Shown piece after piece: positions 1 to 11,280 of a stretch of DNA of 64,000 nt. Position 1 is the first letter of the stretch; every line of letters starts with the position of its first letter. A program made the translations under genes and the position numbers. Location: NCBI RefSeq assembly GCF_035594765.1, contig NC_085844.1:31077923-31141922 (forward strand). The letters are read 5' to 3'. The notes under the pieces are model-generated. The model worked only from the letters and a program-made list of their open reading frames with translations, searched no databases and was not told the origin of the DNA. The DNA is from Anolis carolinensis. Its lineage: Eukaryota.

Positions 1-1931
1 GATTTGATCACAGTGGAAGAGAAACAATTGGATCTAGATGGACAGATTCTGGTAACTCTAGTAGTTTTTCGAATATAGTTGCAGCCATGAGTAAAGGAAC
101 TGGCAGATATGGTTATGATTCTGTGGATCCATTCGAGGATAGGCTTTATTCAAATGGCTCTGAAAACAACAGTACAGATCTTTCGAAATTAAGTTATAAT
201 CATCCTAGGAGTAATTTAAATAAGATAACACATAATCAATTCAAGACATCTAATTCAGATAAATTGTACTTATTCATACGTGGTATGCCTTACACTGCAA
301 CAGAAGGTGACATACTAGCTTTCTTTGATGGTTTACAAGTGGATGGTATAATCATGTTAAAAACCAATGGGGTAAACAATGGAGATGGTCTGGTGAAATT
401 TGCTACACCGACTGATTGCACGAGAGGGTTGCAGCGTGATAGACAGTATATGCGCAACAGATTTATAGAAATATATCGCTCTGATGAAGGGACATGGATT
501 AAGAGCATGGGGAAAAAAGGATTACAAATGCATCAGGATTTCAGTGATGAACAGTTTTCTCATGATTTCAATAAAGAAAGACGCCCAGACTTCCAATCCT
601 CAAGAATGCATACCCGTTCAAAGTCTCCTCCAAGGAGGGTTGTGGCACATACCCATTCAAGATCCCCTCCTAAGAGGATTGCGGCACGTACCGTTTCGAG
701 GTCTCCCCCAAGAAGTGTTATGACACACAGCCATTCAAGGTCTATATCAAGGAGGGCTGTGGCACGCACTCATTCAAGGTCTCCACCAAGGAGGATTACA
801 GCACGCTCTCGTTCACCTTTATCTGGTTCAAGCCGGTCTCCTTCACCTCATAATGGGGAACATTATATACATGTCAAAAAATTGCCATTTCCTATTGAAA
901 AGAGAGAATTGAGAGCATTCTTTGAAGACCTAGATATACCTGACAGTCATATTACATTCCTTAAGATACCTGACAATAGACCAAACAAAGATGCAGTTGT
1001 GATGTTCAGATCAATGAGAGACTATTATTCTGCACTAGGTTATCACAAGTACCCTCTTCGTGGGCAAGAAATTTTACTTTTCCCCATTTCTAAAGAAGCA
1101 GTGATGCAGCTTGCTGGATTTTCTGAAAATGAAAAATCCCCAGAAAGATATCACATTGCAAACGAGAAAGGTGACTGGGATAGATATTCTGATCCAAAGA
1201 CATGTGTGTATGTTAGAAACTTTCCATATGATGTGACAAAACGTGAAGTCCGCACGTTTTTTGCAGGATTTAATATTAGCAATTATGACATTCATTTGCT
1301 TTACGATGACAAAGGAATTGGACTGGGAGAAACACTGGTCAAGTTCAGAACTGAAGATGATGCTCGGAAAGCTGAAAGCTTAAATCGCCGTCGGTTTTTG
1401 GGGACAGAGGTGCTTTTGAGATGTATATCTGAGAAGCAAATGAAAGAGTTTGGTGTTAATGTTCCACCAGTGTCAGATGGAAAGATGCAGGATCATATCC
1501 GTTCATATGAAAGAGGTCAACAAGGGAACCAAAAGCATCCATCTGATTATAGACATCCACCTAGTGATCTTATCAGCACATCTGATAATTTTAAAGATTC
1601 TGCTCCATTTACAGAGTTTGGTGAAGGTGCTCGTGGAAATTTTCCAGGTGGACGCTTCATGTCAGATTCTAATGTCAGTGGTAGTTCAAATTGCTTCACT
1701 CTGATTAAATTAAAGAATATACCATTTCAAGCAACACCAAATGAAATTCTGGACTTTTTTCATGGGTATAAGATTATTCCAGAATCTCTTTCAATCCAGC
1801 ACAACCAATATGGACTGCCTTCTGGTGAAGCTGTTATCGCCCTAGTAAATTATAATGAAGCCATGGCAGTTGTTAATGAATTAAATGATAGGCCACTCGG
1901 CCAACGCAAAATTAGATTAACTTTGGTATAG
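1..1931 (+). CDS. RBM12B: RBM12B copy 1 (5' end lies left of the window); multi-RRM RNA-binding protein
   Basis: Frame is open from base 3 (FDHSGRET...) to TAG at 1929-1931. RRM motifs LFIRGMPY, IHVKKLPF, VYVRNFPY and IKLKNIPF, and the C-terminal LNDRPLGQRKIRLTL, match the RBM12/RBM12B family. Colinear with the two full copies; synteny with TMEM67 and FAM92A. Confidence 0.92.
   Translation, partial: FDHSGRETIGSRWTDSGNSSSFSNIVAAMSKGTGRYGYDSVDPFEDRLYSNGSENNSTDLSKLSYNHPRSNLNKITHNQFKTSNSDKLYLFIRGMPYTATEGDILAFFDGLQVDGIIMLKTNGVNNGDGLVKFATPTDCTRGLQRDRQYMRNRFIEIYRSDEGTWIKSMGKKGLQMHQDFSDEQFSHDFNKERRPDFQSSRMHTRSKSPPRRVVAHTHSRSPPKRIAARTVSRSPPRSVMTHSHSRSISRRAVARTHSRSPPRRITARSRSPLSGSSRSPSPHNGEHYIHVKKLPFPIEKRELRAFFEDLDIPDSHITFLKIPDNRPNKDAVVMFRSMRDYYSALGYHKYPLRGQEILLFPISKEAVMQLAGFSENEKSPERYHIANEKGDWDRYSDPKTCVYVRNFPYDVTKREVRTFFAGFNISNYDIHLLYDDKGIGLGETLVKFRTEDDARKAESLNRRRFLGTEVLLRCISEKQMKEFGVNVPPVSDGKMQDHIRSYERGQQGNQKHPSDYRHPPSDLISTSDNFKDSAPFTEFGEGARGNFPGGRFMSDSNVSGSSNCFTLIKLKNIPFQATPNEILDFFHGYKIIPESLSIQHNQYGLPSGEAVIALVNYNEAMAVVNELNDRPLGQRKIRLTLV
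609..803 (+). repeat. 39-nt (13-aa) tandem RS-like repeat x5 inside RBM12B, also present in copies 2 and 3
   Basis: HTRSKSPPRRVVA / HTHSRSPPKRIAA / RTVSRSPPRSVMT / HSHSRSISRRAVA / RTHSRSPPRRITA. Confidence 0.9.
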
Positions 1932-2310
1932 ATAAAAAGATGGCTTGAAAATATTTGCATTGTTAATGTTGAGAAATGACATTTTCAAGTAGAAGTTTAC
2001 TATTTGTAAATACTTTTGACTGGTTTTAAAATTTAGGCCACTATTGTGTGGGATTTTATTAGACACTACTGGATCACCTTGGTAGTTCATGAAAACATGA
2101 CTTTGAAAGTATTTTGTTTTTTATCCCATAACCCCATGCAGATGTCTAATTTGTCTTTATTAATTCAATATAGCTGCACTTAGAGCTAGAAATTATGTTC
2201 TTCTGTGTATGTTAACAAGAAGACCCACCGTTTTTCTTGAATTCTTGTCCATTATTATGTTCAGTGGTATTTTGAGTATCTTTTTCATGCTGGTTCAGCA
2301 TTTCTTTTAA

Positions 2311-2316
2311 AATAAA
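2311..2316 (+). terminator. Candidate polyadenylation signal of RBM12B copy 1
   Basis: AATAAA ~380 nt after the stop with T-rich sequence downstream; same site present in copies 2 and 3. Confidence 0.45.
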
Positions 2317-4209
2317 AATATATCTATTGAAAATTGTGCTTATTTTTATTTGGTACAGTCTGGACACTTAAGAACTTACCTTGCTTAATAATGTGTACCT
2401 TGCTTAATAATGTGTTATTAAGATGTTATGTAATGTATGTGTGATTTTTATGATTGGAAACCGCCCTGAGTCCCGGGAGATAGGGCAGTATATAAATAAA
2501 GTTTTATTATTATTTTACTATTATTAAGTTAGGGCTGCATTTTGACAATGAATATATCCCATGTTTACCTTTGTAGCACTTGCAGAATATACTTAATAGA
2601 GGAAATACAGTGTAAGATAACATAGGAGGATTTCTTTTGCATTGTGTAGCTCTTCTGTGCACTTCAAGCCCATAGAGTAGCGGATGACCTGAAACAGGTT
2701 TACAAAATGTTGTTGCTTTGAGGAAAAAAAAATGAGTGCTTTTAAAAATCACGATGGAATAATAGTTCAGAACAGTTATAGGAAGGATTTATGGAGAAAC
2801 AAGTATAATTTTTCAGATTATAAAAAAAACCTGGTTTACTCATGAATTTTAACTGGTTAACCAAATCCCCATGCTAAGTCTATGAGACGCAAAACATTAA
2901 GAGTCCCTCCAGGCACTATCTCAAGCAGATATTGACAGGTTTGTAGCCGGGGGTGGGGGTGTGTGCTAGGGGTTCAACCCCCCCCCCTGAAATTTTCAAA
3001 ACCCCTCCCAAATTTTTTTAATGGCTACGGCCCTGCATAGAAGTATACAAAATACATGAACCTGGGGCCTGTGTGAAATTCAGATTTTCTTTCAATAGAT
3101 TCAATAGCACAGTATCTTTGTATTGGTAAGCCTAACTGGTTTTTAAGAAAAGCTTATCGAAACCTTCTTAGACTATCCTTTCCTGTCCAGCCTGTCTGTT
3201 CCAAGACATTATTTCAAAATGTTTGTACCTTTTTACATAGGAAGATGAAAAAAAATACTTATATATGGTATAGCTTTTCAAAGGAGTTAGTTTTCTCAGT
3301 ATATTTACAGTTTCAGATTTGTTGAGATGACTGGTTACGTAGGTTATTTTATAAGATATCCAAGCATATTTCTATGCCTTTATCTGTGGATATTCTAGAA
3401 TTTGTGGAAGTAACAGGTTGTTGAATGTGTGCTTCTTAAATTAACTATTGTTTATTTATTTAATATTTACTATATTTATACCCTGCTCTTAATCCCAAAG
3501 GGAACTCAGTGTGGCTTACAGAGTATGGCAAAGTTCAATGCCACATTATACAACAAATATATCAAATTATAAAACAATTAAAACATATAAATGCAATAAA
3601 CCAGATTGCTGACCTTGGGATGCTGAAATGTAGGCTGGTCTAAATCGAGTTCGGCAGCACCAAGCAGCCGGAGTGAGTGCCCAGAAGCTGAGTTAGGTGC
3701 AGCAAGGGAAACAAACGCTGCCCCTTCCCCCAAAGCCCCTGGTCATGGTACCTTCACTTCTTGCTTTTGTCTGAGGCCCCGCGGGAGTGGTTCTTTTTAT
3801 GCTCCAGCCTTTGGGCTCCAGCCTCTTGATTGCCATGATATAAAAATACAGTAAAATGGCAAGATACTAATAACACACCAGTGAAGTTTTTCATTTGGTT
3901 CAACAGCAGCAATCCACAAATTTGTATCCCTGTCACTTCAGTTACACTTTTAGGTATTCAGCATTACTGATGCAATTTTAAAACAACAAAGTTGAGGGTA
4001 ACTAAACTAGGATTTTTCTGCCTTACCCTTGTAAACTGTTTGAAAAGAAGAACCACTCCTTGATCTGTTGCATCTTGCTGTTAAATGACATCTTTTGTGA
4101 AGTAGGCTCTTGTCTGCAAATGTTTATGTGAAAAATAAATGATTACTCTTTAGTTGCCACATGTTTTCATGGCCTTTTTTTGCTGCAGCAGCAGGTTAAC
4201 AGGACTGTC

Positions 4210-4537
4210 ATGGGGCCTCTGGTGGCACAGTGTGTTAAAGTGCTGAGCTGCTGAACTTGCGGACCAAAAGGTCCCAGGATCAAATCCTGGGAGCGGAATG
4301 AGCGACCGCTGTTAGCCCCAGCTCCTGCCAACCTAGCAGTTCGAAAACATGCAAATGTGAGTAGATCAATAGGTACCGCTCCGACGGGAAGGTAACGGCG
4401 TTCCATGCAGTCATGCTGGCCACATGACCTTGGAGGGGTCTATAGACAACGCCGCCTCTTCGGCTTAGAAATGGAGATGAGACCAACCCCCAGAATCGGT
4501 CATGACTGGACTTAATGTCAGGGGAAACCTTTACCTT
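4210..4537 (+). mobile_element. Sauria SINE, full length
   Basis: tRNA-like head GGGGCCTCTGGTGGCACAG, body GTGAGTAGATCAATAGGTACCGCT, ACCTTT tail; near-perfect TSD TAA(C/T)AGGACTGTC. Confidence 0.9.
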
Positions 4538-4908
4538 TAATAGGACTGTCGCCTGCTTGCTCCTCAAAACTGCCCTTCAAAACCACTGCTCTTATATTGT
4601 TTCACTGATATAAATCTATTTTATGCGTATAATGTGTTTAATAGACCTTCTGTTGCCATTCTGTTGTGTGTTGAGCACATACTACAGGTGGAAGACATGG
4701 ATTACAAACCCTTACATAATTTTTCCAAGATTTACAGGGCACTTCAATTTGTGGCAGGTGTTACCCCAGACTTCCTTAGTTTCACAGCAATATCTATAGG
4801 GTTATATGGTGGTTAGATGCACTATATTACTTAAGCATTGGGAGGTGAATGCACATTCTAGGGCTAAATTGTTTGGGAATGATATCTTTAAAAAGCATTC
4901 TTGTAGAG

Positions 4909-5593
4909 CAGGGGTTCCCAAACTAAGGCCCCCGGGGCCGGATGCGGCCCTCCAAGGTCATTTACCTGGCTCCTGCCCTCAGTTTTATAATGTAATATTT
5001 TTATATCATTTTAAATAATATAATATATTGTATATACATATAATATTGATAATAATATTATAATGTTATACAATACTAATAATAATACCATATAATAATA
5101 TTAATTATATGATATATATTACATATAATATTACAGTATAGTGGTATAGTTCAATATAGTGCTAATATTGTGCTATGCTAATAATATAATACATTGTATG
5201 TACATACACCTGCTCTGAGTCCCCTTCGGGGTGAGAAGGGCGGGATATAAATGTAATAAATAAATGTAGTAAATGAATAAATAAATACATAATTTTAGAC
5301 TTAGGCTCGCCCAAACTCTGAAATGACTTGAAGGCACATAACAACAACAACAATCCTAATTAACTTGACTATCTCACTGGCCAGAAGCAGGCCCACACTT
5401 CCCATTGAAATCCTGATAGGTTTATGTTGGTTACAATTGTTTTCATTGTTGTTGTTGTTTTGTACTACAAATAAGACATGTGCAGTATGCATAGGAATTT
5501 GTTCATTTTTTCCCCTCCAAATGATAATTCGGCCCCTCCACAGTCTGAAGGATTGTGAACCGGCCCTCTGCTTTATAAGTTTGAGGACCCCTG
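4909..5593. mobile_element. Non-autonomous hAT element (Charlie/OC1-like TIRs)
   Basis: TIRs CAGGGGTTCCCAAACT...AGTTTGAGGACCCCTG; 8-bp TSD TTGTAGAG (4901-4908 / 5594-5601); empty site at 38304-38311. Confidence 0.9.
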
Positions 5594-5804
5594 TTGTAGA
5601 GACTAGGGACAAGAAGCAGGAAATAACTGTTATGACCAAGAAAATGGATAGAAACACTTAATCTAATAAGGGACTCTTTTAGTAATTTTCCTTGCCTGAC
5701 AAGGTTTTAATAGTTCAAGGGATCTTTGTTTCTTCAGGCCTGCCTGGCCTAGATCCAAATCCCCAAGGCCATTTACCTGCCCTAAACTTTAGACTTCGGT
5801 CTAA

Positions 5805-7119
5805 AGCATATCTGCCAAGACTGGAATCCTCAAGGTGGCTATCATTTTCAGTTGTGCACCCTGTCCTGCCTTTTGGTTTGGCCTCAGCTCTGAGGGTATT
5901 TGCCAAATTATTGATGGTTGCAGGGCATACATCTGTTCCCATATCTGGACGATGTTCTTGTGAGAGCCATGTCTTTTTAGGGAGCTTTGCAGGATAGACT
6001 ATAAAAGTGAGCATGAATTGGTTTCGGTCTCATGATTTTTTGATAAACCAAGAAAAGCCAGCTGGTTCTCTTTAACAATCATCCACCCAGGGGCTGTGAT
6101 TGATATGGCTAAGAGCATGATTTACATCTCAGAAGAGATGTAACAATCTGGAATCAGAGATACAAAGTGTTCTAAACTGAATGTTTTCATGGCCTTAGAT
6201 TTCTTCGCCCCATGATTCAGATTGTACTTTGGCCCAAATGCCACCCAAATCCCCCGTGGTTTTGCAGTCACGTCAATCTATGATCACAAGACACAGTTAT
6301 ATATTATTGCTCTTTTCATATCAGGTCACAGAGTACCATTGTATTCCGACCTGTCTAATCTTCAGAAGCGCTCTCCATTTGGAGAGCCCCTTAATATCAC
6401 ACTAAGTATAAATGTCAGTCTTCTGGATTGAGCTTATTGGCAGGGAAGATTGGTTCAAGGACTTGGAGGTCACAGCATGAATTGGAGCTGAGTGGCCCAT
6501 CTAGTTCTCCACTTTGCCACATTATTCAAGGGGAAACATCTACTGGTCCCCACAGACAGCACAACCACACAAACATTAAAAATATAGGAGATCAAGTCTT
6601 TCTCACGTTACAGGAAGACGTCTCCTGTTCCAACAGTCTGAGAGAACAGTCCTTTTCAGTGCGAAATGTCCAGGGAATCATCAATTTCTAGGCAGAAGCT
6701 TATGACTGGGGAACATGGTTATTTTCTCAGCATGATAGCAGGATCAGATTCTGTGCAGTGGATACGTTTGTGTTGCTGACAAATCCCCAGAGCCACAAAA
6801 TCCTCACCAGGCTTCCCTGTTCAGGCACAAAGGGCAAGGATGCTCGATAGTGTCAGTGGCACAGGGTCTTGTGTTTGACTTCCCCCTTTCTCATATCCAG
6901 GCTGGTTAGGAAGAAGTCTCAAATCATTCTCACTGTGCCTTATTGACTCGGGAGACTGGTTTTCTGCCCTGACAGCCAAAGTCACTGTCCTGAACACCAG
7001 GACTTGATAATGCAGGAACCCATTCAACATTCAGATGCGACTTGCCTCCAGTCAGCCACATGGAGGTTTAACAGAAATCAGAAAAATTGGTTATGTGAAT
7101 TTTATGATCAGCATAGATC
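5805..7119 (+). mobile_element. Degenerate DIRS1-like retrotransposon (RT-RNaseH relic), cut by the duplication junction
   Basis: LPFGLASALRVFAK from 5866; PYLDDVLV with YLDD at 5942-5953; FLINQEK; RNaseH-like GKHLLVPTDSTT from 6531; many frameshifts. Confidence 0.7.
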
Positions 7120-7280
7120 AAAGGTACAAGATTGCATCTAATTTTTCATCCCATGAGTGGAGTGATTTCTATGTGTAAAACTCTCTTGCTAATGAAGGGT
7201 CCTTTTGCTCACAAAATTGAAAATTGGAAACAACTCACAGAACTTCTCTGTTGGAAAAAACGGACTATCAAAATTAATTA

Positions 7281-7403
<123 letters not shown>

Positions 7404-7488
7404 TCAAACCATTTGAAAATTAACTAAGATAACTTGAAAAAGTTTTTGTAACTGAAGCTGTCTGCTTTATTAGATGTGAAACACTCAC

Positions 7489-7574
7489 TGTGTCTTCTGG
7501 ACATTTCTCACAGGTAATAGATCCACCGTTATTAGTAATGATCTTGAATCCTGGTTGACAAGCACAAGATGTAT
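7489..7574 (-). CDS. TMEM67: TMEM67 (meckelin) exon 2, orphan duplicate A
   Basis: tttcag|AT ACA TCT TGT...GAC ACA|gtgagt; peptide (D)TSCACQPGFKIITNNGGSITCEKCPEDT resembles human [29 protein letters not shown]; phase fits exon 1; no exon 3 in the unit. Confidence 0.9.
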
Positions 7575-8415
7575 CTGAAATACATAGAATTGCTAATTGT
7601 ACCAAACAGCTACAAATTAAAAAGAAAATTAACAATACTCTTTCTTTAAATCTAAAGTGTCTTCTATTAAATTTCACAGTTGCTTTAAAACAACTCCAAA
7701 TTTCCCATAATCCCTGTCATTTAAATAGTTTGTGTGTGTGTCTATGTATATATAAAATGCACATGTTTTATTGATTAGCTTTTCGGCCTTATCGAAACAT
7801 TTAGCGAACACATTTAGCACATACACATACAGCATATAATCCACATTACAAAGTTAAAATAAGCAAGCTGTTAACAAAGGGTCAAGATCCTGATCCAGAT
7901 CAAACATCTGCATCACCTCTACAATTTACACCAAACTTCTCCAAATAATGTAGTTCTCAACTGACTTGCTGTAAATAGAAAAAGGGCTATTTTATATGTT
8001 ATTTTAGCATTCTGGTCAACCAGTAAAATGTAATTGTAATAAAGGATCTCAGTGTGTCTTTTGTATAATTTATGGTTCTAGGTATTGGATTCTCTCTTTC
8101 TTACACAAGTTAAACGGTATATGTGTGCTATGTTCTACTTCTGCAGCTCTACAGATGCAAAATAGTTCATTATAGGGGACTTGATTAAATCTTCCATGTC
8201 TGACCATTGTGTCCAGCTGTTCAAATCTACTTTTGGTAAAAACCCTCCCGAGGTGTTTAAGCATTTCTGTATTTAGAAATAGGTCTGTTTGAAAAGTATG
8301 TTTCAAAAGACTTAGCCATTTCAATGAGCCAGCTTTGCAGAGGGTAGCAATGTCTTTCTAAGCTTTTATATTAGTATTCATTGTACAACAATATTTGGAT
8401 CTAGTTCTTCTAGGA

Positions 8416-8542
8416 CAGTGGTTCTCAACCTGTGGGTTCCCAGGCCTACAACTGCCAGAAATCCCAGCCAGTTTACCAGTTGTTGGAATTTCTGGGAGTT
8501 GAAGGCCAAAACATCTGGGGACCTACATGTTGAGAACCACTG
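8416..8542. mobile_element. hAT MITE with SPIN-like TIRs
   Basis: CAGTGGTTCTCAACCTGTGG...GTTGAGAACCACTG; 8-bp TSD TTCTAGGA. Confidence 0.85.
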
Positions 8543-8550
8543 TTCTAGGA

Positions 8551-8840
8551 GATTTAGATATAGAATCGGAAGTCCACAACTCTTAATGTATTTTGTCAAT
8601 TGAACTAGCCAAGAGGTCTGACGTTGATTTTTTTTTTGTCTGCTCTAACAGGCACAGTTTTGGTAGTCTCTCATTTGCTGTGGCATTCAATTTTACCCAG
8701 TAGTTGTATGCCCTAGATTTGGATAAACCACCAACTGTATATACGCCCAGTTCTGCTCTTACTGCGCCAATTGGGGTCCTTTTGTCCACTCTCAGGAAGC
8801 TTCGCAGGCACTGTGATTGAGATGGGTCTAATAATGGTAC
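8551..8840 (-). mobile_element. Old LINE ORF2 C-terminal fragment
   Basis: Minus-strand peptide FLRVDKRTPIGAVRAELG...YNYWVKL...RLPKLCL resembles the post-RT region of non-LTR elements; interrupted by a SINE and a MITE. Confidence 0.5.
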
Positions 8841-8844
8841 CTGT

Positions 8845-9057
8845 CCTGCCAACCTAGCAGTTTGAAGACATGCAAATGTGAGTAGATCAATAGGTACCGC
8901 TCCGGCGGGAAGGTAACGGCGCTCCATGCAGTCATGCTGGCCACATGACCTTGGAGATGTCTATGGACAACGCCGGCTCTTCGGCCTAGAAAAGGAGATG
9001 AGCACCAACCCCCATGGTTGGTCACGACTGGACTTAACGTCACGGGAAACCTTTACC
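8845..9057 (+). mobile_element. Sauria SINE, 5'-truncated
   Basis: Matches the 3' half of the SINE at 4210-4537; ACCTTTACC tail. Confidence 0.85.
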
Positions 9058-9315
9058 TATAGGCCCCAAACTTCAGCTCCATATAAAAGCATAGTTAGTG
9101 ATGAATTCTGACTGGAAAAGCCTATGATAATGTGGCATGTCTCATTAAGAGCCACATCCACTGTTTTAGCGTGGTGAGATATCGCCCACACTGGGCATGC
9201 GTAGTCAGCAGCAGAGTAGCAAAGCATAAGGGCAGTATAGTGCTGTTAGGAATTGTTGTAAAGTCCAAAACTGGAGAGCCAAAGTTTGCCCATGCCTGGT
9301 ATAGTGCATCTACAC

Positions 9316-9478
9316 CAGGCATGGGCCAACGTGGGCCCCCGAGGTGTTTTGGCCTTCAACTCCCACCATTCCTAACAGCCTCAGGTCCTCTCCTTTTCCC
9401 CCTCAGCCGCTTAAGGGCTTAGGAATGGTGGGAGTTGAAGCCCAAAACACCTGGAGGGCCCACGTTGGCCCATGCCTG
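9316..9478. mobile_element. hAT MITE (CAGGCATGGG TIR family)
   Basis: Long TIR CAGGCATGGGCCAACGTGGGCCC; 8-bp TSD ATCTACAC. Confidence 0.9.
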
Positions 9479-9679
9479 ATCTACACTGAAGAGTTAATAC
9501 ATTTTGACACCACTTTAATTGCCGTGGCTCAATGCTATGGCTCATGGGTGTTCTAGGTTGGCTTCATCAAACTACAACTCCCGAGATTTCATAGCACTGA
9601 GCCATGGGAGTTAACGTGGTGTCAAACTGCATTCCTTCTACTGTGCAGATGCCCGTCGCGTCCGCCCCTGTGGTCTCAC

Positions 9680-9866
9680 CCCTGTGGCCTTTGGTCTGGG
9701 ATGCCCCGCACTGCCCACAGGAGAGAGTGGCGATGTCGAAGTACTGAGTGGCGGCGCAGCTCTGAGGCTGCCGCCAAGGGAGGAAGAAGGCCTGGCCGCC
9801 CGCGAGGCCTGCGTGCAGCGGGAGCAGGAGCAGCGCCATTCCCAGCCAGCGCCTCGGCGTCGCCAT
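9680..9866 (-). CDS. TMEM67: TMEM67 exon 1 (signal peptide + start of Cys-rich domain), orphan duplicate A
   Basis: MATPRRWLGMALLLLPLHAGLAGGQAFFLPWRQPQSCAATQYFDIATLSCGQCGASQ resembles human [33 protein letters not shown]; donor AGG G|gtgaga; CpG-rich. Confidence 0.92.
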
Positions 9867-9872
9867 GGTAAC
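9859..9872. promoter_or_regulatory. RFX X-box overlapping the TMEM67 start codon (A)
   Basis: GTCGCCATGGTAAC fits GTNRCC-N0-3-RGYAAC; TMEM67 is a ciliary gene. Confidence 0.7.
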
Positions 9873-10061
9873 TGAGGCCTCCCTTTCAGCCACGCCCACC
9901 CGCTCAGGGCCGTCTCGTTAAGGGTTGCGCCCCACTTTGGGACTTCAACTCCCAGAAGGCTTAGCTGGTGTAGCCAATGGACGGTGATCCTGGGAGTTGA
10001 AGTCCGAAAAAAATCCCTAGAGGCAGTCCCTGAAACTCATGCCTACGGGAAGCCACGAGGA

Positions 10062-10579
10062 TTAGAAAGAACGGAGCTGGACCACTCTTAACAACCACTA
10101 TGTCAGACTACACAGAGAAACCACTGAAATCCACAAGAGTGGGGGTAATTTCAACAGAAAGGAGGAAACCACGAAAATGAACAAAATCTGGCTACCAGTA
10201 TTTAAAAAAACGCTAAAAGCAGAACAGTAGATAAAAAGCAACACTAAAAAACAGGGGAATACCAGACCAGAAAAAAATCAGGGCCAGCTAACACCTCCCA
10301 ACAAAGGATTCCCCCAGGCAGGAATCAGCCAGGACCTGAAGCTGCAAGGTTATTCAGTGCTAATCAAGGTGATTTAATTGCAACATCCACACTTCCACTA
10401 ACAGACAAGAGTTCTTTCTCCCACCCTGGACCTTCCGCAGATAAACCTCCCTTGCCTGGTTTCCAATATAGCTCACAATGTCAGAGATGCCTGCCATAGA
10501 TGTGGGTGAAATGTCAGGAGAGAATGCTTGAACATGCTTGAAAATGGCCACGCAGCCTGGAAAACTCACAGCAACCCAT
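10062..10579 (+). mobile_element. Penelope-like retroelement fragment
   Basis: Terminal motif GATGCCTGCCATAGATGTGGG...GGAAAACTCACAGCAACCCA, shared with other copies in the window. Confidence 0.7.
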
Positions 10580-10944
10580 GGAAAAAGTTTGTGTAGCCTA
10601 TTTTGCTATAGTTTTTCAATGAATATCTGCGTGATTATCAAGAAAAAAGTGCCAATCCACAGCAGAAATCATGGGATCAGAAAGGCATTTATTGGAAAGC
10701 AAAGCTCCCTTGGCATCACTGGGCAGATACCATGGCAAGCACACCTTACTTGCTTAGACTGGCATTACAATCCTTTCAAAATCAATGTGAATTTAACAGG
10801 AATTTGAAAAAAGAACAGGAAATGACACCCACTCAAAGTATGTTTATTTGTATTACAAAGGCTCTTACAAAGTTTCATTATCCAACATTAACTCCAATCA
10901 GGGCTCTGAACTAGAAAAAACGGTCTATGCCTTTCAGGCCCAGA

Positions 10945-11280
10945 GAAGAAAGGGGGGGGGGGGGAGAAAAGAAATTGGCTGCTGCTAGGTGACATGTTTA
11001 TGCAGGGAAAGGAGAAAGGAAAGCAAGAGGAAAGGACAGGAAAAGGAGAAGGGAGGAAAAAGGAAAGGAAGAGAAAGGAAAAGGGACAGGGTATGAGGGG
11101 AAGAAAAGAGAAAGAAAGGACAAAAGGAGGAAGAAAAATGGTGGGAAGGAAGAGAAAGGAAAGGAAAGGTATGAGGGAAAGGAAGAAAAAGAGGGGGAGA
11201 AAGGAGGGAAAGTAAGGGAAAGATAGAAAAGAGAGGGAGAAATGTGCACCAGGGAAACGGGAGAAGGAAGACAAAAAGAA
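10945..11280 (+). repeat. GA-rich low-complexity tract
   Basis: Almost pure purine GAAAG-type sequence; repeated at ~25203-25540. Confidence 0.9.

Noticed and set aside
87-1931. Copy 1 as a shorter 614-aa protein
   Set aside because: The frame is open to the window edge, so the truncation is a window artefact
10888-11274. F/S/P-rich and K/R/E-rich ORFs (also ~25170-25532)
   Set aside because: Translation of a GA low-complexity tract
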